A DNA stretch of 64,000 nt, taken from contig RDEW01000021.1 of the NCBI GenBank assembly GCA_011109175.1, positions 920,513 to 984,512 on the forward strand, read 5' to 3'. Below, piece after piece: positions 55,395-64,000 of this stretch (the first letter of the stretch is position 1; every line of letters begins with the position of its first letter). Source of the stretch: Dicyema japonicum. Its lineage: Eukaryota > Animalia > Dicyemida. Made by a program: the position numbers and the translations under genes. The notes beneath the pieces were generated by a model that did no database searches, was not told where the DNA came from, and saw only the letters and a list, made by a program, of their open reading frames with translations.

Positions 55395-55960
55395 TATGTT
55401 ATTTATTTAACCCAAGACCACGGTAGAACCGAACTAATTGTCACGTGATCCCGATGCATTCTAACAGAGACCTCATCTTTGCCCGGTGTTCATCCTTCGT
55501 GCCCGCGTATGAACGTACAGGACGGCTGCCTGAATTTTCAGGGCCACCTTCCCGTGATCTGGAGTCTTGTCTCATAAGGTCCTCCGCCTCCAGAGGCGTA
55601 GGTTCGGTTCAGTGATTTTCACAAATCAAACGCTCCGTTACTCTGTGAGCCCTCTTTTGCATTTCCTCAATTTTCTTCATATTTGTCCAAGACATGGACG
55701 GTCCCCACGAGGCGCATGCATATGAGAAACATGGCTCGATGTACTGTTTGTACACGTTCATCAAGACTGGGTGAGTACCACTCTTCCATATTCCAGATAA
55801 ACATTTCAATACGTTCAGTTTCTTCTCCCATTTCAATAGAATGTTTTCTACGTGTGGTGTCAGAGATGCATATCAATTGTCACACCCAAGATCCTTTGAC
55901 ATCTGTTGAAAGGGATGCCGACTTTGTTTAACTTCAAGGTGACTGTCTTCCTTCCCAATC
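55395..55960 (-). mobile_element. Ingi/Vingi- or I-like LINE 3' fragment
   Basis: RILGVTID; VYKQYIEPCFSYACASWGPSMSWTNMKKIEEMQKRA; 3' UTR shared with 63560-63685. Confidence 0.7.
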
Positions 55961-55999
55961 TCTTGTCAGAGGTAAATAGTGCCGGGCAGGCATTGGGAA

Positions 56000-56300
56000 G
56001 AGCCCTACACTCTTCGTATACCGAGAGTTTCATCCATGAAATACCTGGGGATTGCAGTAGATGGGAGAGGATCATACCTGAAGGACATCGAAAGGCGAAA
56101 GAAGAAGGCTTTGCAAGCACTGTTCTGCACTAGAAGACTAAAGTTGGATGTTGATTCCATGCTCTTTGTCTTTCGGAATGTGATTCTTCCCAGACTTATT
56201 TACAGAAGTGAGGGATGGTTCTACACCCCCTCGAGAGAAGATTCTCGCCCGACTAGAGAAAACAAGGCGAGCGGCAATCAAACCGCTGCGCTCTCAATCT
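56000..56300 (+). mobile_element. LINE RT C-terminal fragment
   Basis: MKYLGI..VFRNVILPRLIYRSEGW. Confidence 0.65.
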
Positions 56301-56799
56301 GAGAGCAGCCAGTAGCCTTTAACTATTTGGTTTTATTCTTCAATAAATTGTTATTGATTTAAAGAAAAAAAATTAAAAAAAATATCAAAATACTGGGGAT
56401 CATATAAGACCTAATTATTTCAGCAAGCATGTCAGCAATGTCATCACCTTTTCCACAAAAACTAAACCTATAAAATCACTTTTTGGATACCATAAAGGGT
56501 GTTTCCACTCAACCTTAAGTTACCTTTATGCGCAATACAATTAGCTACGGCTGTACGGCCACGTATCTTTTTATCTCGGTGATCCTTGGTTATAAATAAT
56601 ATGGATTCATCGATGGACTTTTGTTGTTGAAATGATTTCTTCCGTGCAAATAAAAGACTAATAAATGTTTACTAAACTTTTATAGACCAAGACTGGATGA
56701 GGATGACCAGAACATACATAGCGAAATCGAACTACATGTTAACTTTCCTGAATGTGTAAAAGTACCCCAAGTAGATTCCCTGTCTCAAATTATTTTCTA

Positions 56800-57470
56800 T
56801 TAATCTGGAGGCAATGGAATGTAAAAATGCTTTGATCTAGTAATGGTATACCAGATCAGCGTGAATTAATCGATAATCTAATTTGACACTTCCACCCAAG
56901 TCCCTCTGAATAGCGACTTCATCGTTTCCTGATGTTTCTCTCGGAAACCAACGCATTTTCTATATACAATTTTGGGCGATCTTCCAGGGTGGAAGAACGG
57001 TAGCAAAAATACTCACGAGTGCTTAGAATGAAACGTGAAGTTTAAATTCAAATCATTTTATTTAAAATAATGAAAATTAGGCAATAATTAGGATCTTCTT
57101 GACCTCCGCCTGTCCAGGTTAATTTGTATTCTTTCTGTGACCTTCTGGATGTTCTGATCTCGGGAAGCCAACACAATATCATCCGCATAGGAAAGTAGAA
57201 CATCATTATGCTTAAAGAGTAGGGAGATCAGTCAGAAAGAGGTTAAACAGAGCAGGGGATAACGGATATCCTTGGGGGACTCCTTTGGGGAAGAGCCGTG
57301 AGATTGATTTCAGGCCCCTGAGGAGAACACGTCTCCTTAGGAAGTTAGTGATCCAAAGCTTAGCCTCCCTGGGATCTCCGATTGAAATATTTTTTCTAGA
57401 TACTGATATAGAGAAAGTAGAATATCTGATTTTATCAAAGACATCTATAGTAAAATCTACTTGTGTTAAA
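56800..57470 (-). mobile_element. LINE RT fragment, degenerate
   Basis: WITNFLRRR..KGVPQGYPLSPALFNLFLTDLP. Confidence 0.75.
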
Positions 57471-57770
57471 AGGGATCTTCCTATCTACCACCAGACGAAA
57501 TCCACTGGTGAAGATTACCATTATCAAAACTTCCGACGAAAAATGAAGTAATGCCAGGAAGTGCGATGAATATGGAAGAGGGTGAACCCATTTCTCTTCA
57601 GAGACGGAAGTCTGCAATGGACTATTGAAGGATGGATTTAGTAGGTACAAGCAGACGTTTCCCTGAGGTTCCTTCCTTGGATTAATCAGTTGTGACTGTG
57701 GGCTTACCAAAGATTGTAAGGCTGAAGTTAATAAATCTCTATTAAAGAGCAATTCCAAAATATTAATAAA

Positions 57771-59296
<1,526 letters not shown>

Positions 59297-59333
59297 AACA
59301 AAACAAATACAAAAATTAATTTATTAATTAATA

Positions 59334-60101
59334 TTATAAAATCAATTGAAAGGAAGAATAACAAGTATCACATATTCTATGTTTCTCAGTGGACAAACTC
59401 TCAAGGGCCCATCGATGAGTAGAACAACTCCGACATATTACATTCCCACACTTGCGACAGTGATGCTTACATTACTCCTGCATATACCTTACGATTAATT
59501 GCTGAGAATTTCACTTTTGAACAGCACATGCACACTGTAGCATCAGAGTCATCAACCCACTTTATTGAGTTGTCGCCAATCAACTCCATGGCTGATATTT
59601 TGTTAATAATGCTCTCCTGACATTTCCTAATGTTGCTGTACCACTCATTCCTCTCAGTTGGGCAGCTTGCTGATACAATCATAGCCTTCCTTGCTATGGT
59701 CAGCCGCATACAGTTTTTCATCCCTTCAATCTCATATAATATAACCCTCACAGTCTGGAAGGCACTCCACCTTTAAGCTCTTTAGTTCCATCACCCTTTG
59801 TTTGTCAAACTAACTAATTTGTAAGATAATACCTCCTTATTATAAACTACAACGGTTCCATATATGAGGATGTCGTTGAATAGAAAAAATTGTCTGTTCT
59901 TTTCTCCATCCTTGCACTTTTTTGTAAGAATTCCCTCACCAACCAACACTCTTCCAGGTTTGGCTAGTGGCTGTTAATAATAACTGTTTTCATGACTAAC
60001 CACTCCTTTGTCGGCGAAGCACTCCTCAATAAAAGTAATTCTGTCCTTGTTGCTCATGATCCGTACTTAACCTTAAAACATTCCTTACCCAACTCGTACA
60101 T
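59334..60101 (-). CDS. PLEKHF2: PH- and FYVE-domain protein (phafin, PLEKHF1/2 family)
   Basis: PGRVLVGEGILTKKC..RQFFLFNDILIYG; WVDDSDATVCMCC..RKHHCRKCGNVIC..C..RICDTC. One apparent indel near 59770. Confidence 0.88.
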
Positions 60102-60779
60102 CACTTATTGTATATTTTAATGTTTAATAATCAATATTATATTGGGGTTTAATATGATTTATTAATATATTTTATTATTTTTCTGGTTATAATAATAAAA
60201 TATTATTTAGTGGTACTTTAAACTACGCATTTGAAGCACTACCAATCGAACTATGACGTAATTTTCTAAGAACGGCCAACTTTCAAACAGCCATTTTATC
60301 AGATCTTTCTCAGATACCTTAAAAACCACTCCAAGATATAGGTTGACGCCATGGTCAATGAGAGGAGTAATCCACGATGACGTCCTCATTGGTATTAGCC
60401 TCTCCCTTGAAGGGTTGGGGCACTTAGATGACGACATTCCCATTTCTAACCTAGTGATCATTGTTAATAAACCACACAGCAATTAATTTAGTCGGTTTTA
60501 CAAATTTAATGACATTTTGATATTGACAAAGTCATACACTAATCATCAATTCTACATTGCTTAATGGCAATGAAGCCATGTCTTCCTACTTATTGACGAA
60601 GTGAAGGATTCAAAGATATCGAAAACGCAGGAAATGTTGCATACATAAAATATCCTGTTTAGATCTTGAAAATTGAAAAAAATTTTTTGATAATAATTAT
60701 GACATTTTTTACAAAAGTTAAAATTTACAATATAATTTATAAACCACAAAATATAGTATTTAAAAAACATAGCATTAAG

Positions 60780-60900
60780 ATTTTTAGTTAAGAGAGCATG
60801 ATTGCGAAGGCGTTCCCACTGATCACGCTATTTCGAGCGTCAACCAGACTCCTTCTCATGGCTAGCATCTCTTCGAGGCAAAACTTCGTCCACAGTTCAA
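60780..60900 (-). mobile_element. CRE 3' tail fragment
   Basis: SVISGNAFAIMLS*. Confidence 0.5.
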
Positions 60901-61299
60901 CCCCTGCCCCAATAGAAAAGCTCCCCAAATATGGAGTAAAATAATGTATCCATTTTTTCAATACTATTTTTTATTTTTTAAAATTAAATAGCATTTTAAA
61001 AATAAAAAAAGCCATTTTATTTATTAATTAAAAAAGTAAGGGCTAATTCCCATCATTATTGTATTTTTCCCGTAATTTCTTGGAGACGTAAGTCTGAAAT
61101 CATAATATTCTCTAATTACTTGAGGACAATCATTAAATACTGAATTTTCAAGATTTATTGTGTCTTCAAAGCTATGATTTTCAATTTCATCACACCCATC
61201 ATATAATTTTGTGTTATTTCAATTCCAGTGATAATAAATTAATTAGGTGAAAACAACCCGTGATTGCAGTTAGGCTCGTGAAAGATATTAAACTGACGG

Positions 61300-61810
61300 G
61301 TCTTTGGTTCTCGAAGAACCGTCTAAATATATCACCAGGAAAATTACATGTAACGACGTTTACCTCATCACGAAAAGAAATACGGGCAACGCCAGAAATA
61401 ATTGTATGATTCCCAGATCCCTATTAAGAAGACCCTTTCAATCCTTGGAGTCATCCTGGATCCTCTCCTTCAATTCAGTCATAGTGGACCTGGTAAGTAC
61501 CCCTGTGCTGCATGGATTGCCCCGTTATCTCTATCGGCACAGAGCAAGCTGGAAGTTTTACAAAACCATTTCTCATTGAGATCGTCGAAAAAGACGTCTA
61601 CTTCGTTTCTACGGAGAACCATAAACGTCCCCCAATCATGGAATACCTTACGGCACGCCATCGGGATTTCCTCAAGATGGCAAAATCCCCTGACCATTCC
61701 CTAGGGCTGGTCATCAATTGTGGAGATTAATCCAGGACTCCAAACTAACCACAGGAAGGACTGGTATGGACACCAAGATCACTTAATTAAACAAACTTTT
61801 ATCCTCTTTC
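61300..61810 (+). mobile_element. Ingi/Vingi- or I-like LINE 3' fragment
   Basis: LSILGVILDPLLQF; KYPCAAW..SKLEVLQN; tail GATCACTTAATTA similar to the family X tail. Confidence 0.6.
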
Positions 61811-61979
61811 CCGTGATTTCTGGGCCACTAAATTCGATGTCCATTAAACTTAAAATATGAGTCTCCAAAAGTTCATATTGAATTCTTGTGCAAATTTCGG
61901 GAACATTATCTCTAAATTCATTTATTTTATTCCAACAATTATTTGTTGTGTCCTAGCTACTGGATTCCAGTCTTCTCCA

Positions 61980-62710
61980 ACAAATACGACACCCTCGGAG
62001 GAACGGGTCTCAGGTCGCGATTGAGATCGCCTTTCCAGCATATGTGTCATCGCTCTCAAGTGGAAGCCTTTTGATCCAATATTTACTACGTTTACCAACC
62101 GGACTTTCTTGGGAAAAAGTCTTCGACGAAGCTCGTCGCGAATGGTGTAAAACTGGTTCGGAGTGGCCAAACAATCCTTCGAGGAAACGTGACTGGGATG
62201 AGATCTACTCCAAGAATATCTTTGACGTGCTAAAGTCTATGGCCAACCAGTATCTTCTTGCATGCCTCGTGTCAAGGGAGTGATTGGATGCACTCCCGTG
62301 TTCCTTTCTGAGGACCCTTTTGGACGATGACTGTATTCGTATTGGGATCGAACAACGCCTGGGAGTTGATGTTTGCGTCGAACATCAATGTCGCTGTGGA
62401 GGGATCGTCGATGCCAAGGGCTGCACCCGCTCTCGTGCAAATGGAGTGCGGGTAGAGCACCCCGCCATGCTGCTATGAACAACATTGTCTTGCGAGCTCT
62501 TGAAGCAGCAGGCTTCCCGGCAGTACAGGAGCCTGTGGGATTGGACCGCGGAGATGGGAAAAGACCGGATGGGTTAACTATCTTTCCGTTCACTGAGGGA
62601 AAATCGCTCGCATGGAACTGCACTGTTGTGGACTCGTTCTCGAACTCGATGATGCTCAGCTCGGCGCAGTTTGCTAGTTCGGCAGCCGATCTGGCCAAAA
62701 AAAACGTGCA
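61980..62710 (+). mobile_element. CRE-clade fragment (zinc knuckle + RLE endonuclease)
   Basis: IGIEQRLG..CRCG..GLHPLSC..RHAAMNNIVLRAL..EPVGLDRGDGKRPDGLTIFPF..GKSLAWNCTVVD. Confidence 0.88.
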
Positions 62711-63229
62711 ACTTTATACATTTTAGATATTTCCCTTTCGGACATAGAGTTCCTTGCTAAGGCTTCAAAAATTTTTGCTTCAATTTTTGGCATGGTTGAT
62801 TATTATTCTATTGGTCGGAAATTAAATAAACTACATAAAATGAAATTTATATAATGTTATGTTTTGAATTTCCTGTTCATTTGTGTAATTTCAGTATTTT
62901 CTTGTCTCTGCGTGAATGCCTTGTGGCAACAACATCTGGATGACATCCGATATCTCTGAAAAGATATCTTCGAGATTATTCTTTGTTGTAGCAGTTTTGA
63001 ATTATTTTATGACTCGAATCTTTTATTTCATAGGGAACAAAACAGTCGAGCATTCTGAATTTCAAATTCGTCTTTGAACCGTAGGCATACATATTTGTCA
63101 TATATTGATTTAGTGTTCTTTGATGTGACGTACACCAAACACGTTTAGTTAGCTAATTGATTATGGGTAAAAATTTTATAGCATTTATTTGTCAAAAAAT
63201 AAATAATTATATTTATAACGGCTTGATTG

Positions 63230-63685
63230 GACCCCACGTTTGGAACGCGTCAATTGTGAAGGCTTTGGAAACTAAAGGATGTTTGACCACAGTCTGCCTT
63301 GATATTTCCAAGATAAAAAAGCATTCTGTTTTGAGCACTGTATATAAACAATTCATTGAACCATCCATCTCTTATGCATGTGGTATATTGGCCCCGCTCA
63401 TCTCTTGAACGAATGTCTTGAAGATCGAGGCTAGCAGGAAAAGATCCTCCAAAATCACAGAACGCTGGAGAGTTCCAGGCACCATTGCCACTTGAAGCCT
63501 TGATACGAATGAACCATGGAACGCGTCGTCGTGACTGCAAAGGTTTAGTCACTCGACCGATATGTGCTTGTGTAGGGTCGAGGGAGGAACATCGGGCAAA
63601 GATGAGGTCCCTGCTAGTGCGTGCTGGGATCACGTGATTAGTGAGTTTGTGTAACCGTGGTCTTTGGTGTTATTATTATTATTCG
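63230..63685 (+). mobile_element. Ingi/Vingi- or I-like LINE 3' end with (TAT)n tail
   Basis: LSTVYKQFIEPSISYACG; 3' UTR GGGATCACGTGA..CCGTGGTCTT; TTATTATTATTATT. Confidence 0.7.
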
Positions 63686-64000
63686 ACACTGTGTGACATC
63701 TTGGACTTCTTATTTGTCTTGCAAAATGTGGTGTTGAAAATGAACTTTATTTTTGGCTTTGGTAACTGAGAAACAATTGAAGACGTACATGGGCCAGATC
63801 GAAGAGGGTGTAATGAAAACTTAAATTTACTAACCTGAGTAGAACTTGAGAGCTTAATGAGTACCTCGCTACTATTATATATTCAAAGTTCACGATTAGA
63901 AGATTTGAAAAACGTGGAGAGACTACCTATGGTAAAACTAATAATAGAAAACCGTAGAGAAGCCCAGTTTTTGATTAGACTTGGTTTCTCAAAAGTTACG

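Noticed and set aside
57150-57175. CTGATCTCGGGAAGCCAA resembling 5S rRNA
   Set aside because: Only a short match, and it lies inside a minus-strand RT remnant.

Overview
Eukaryotic (metazoan-type) genomic DNA. It is AT-rich, uses the standard code, is dense in transposon remnants, and has extremely short spliceosomal introns (mostly 19-28 nt, GT-AG, very often ending AAG). Host genes I can reconstruct: a three-copy tandem array of ZER1/ZYG11-like genes (one apparently intact, two damaged or gapped), CDC5L, XPA, SF3B1, MRPS27, U2AF1, VPS4 and a PLEKHF (phafin) gene. The rest is mostly mobile DNA: one near-intact DD34E Tc1/IS630 element with an empty-site copy beside it, cargo-carrying non-autonomous hAT elements, many CRE/RTE/Ingi-Vingi-like/R4-like LINE fragments, a tRNA-derived SINE, and a second SINE-like superfamily whose conserved core folds with an HDV-ribozyme-like topology. 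Miniature introns plus metazoan-type proteins suggest a reduced parasite such as a dicyemid or myxozoan (inference; the species cannot be fixed from this window). Single-base frameshifts in several essential genes indicate indel errors in the assembly, so pseudogene calls resting on one indel are unsafe. All gene and family assignments are by-eye motif comparisons, not database searches.
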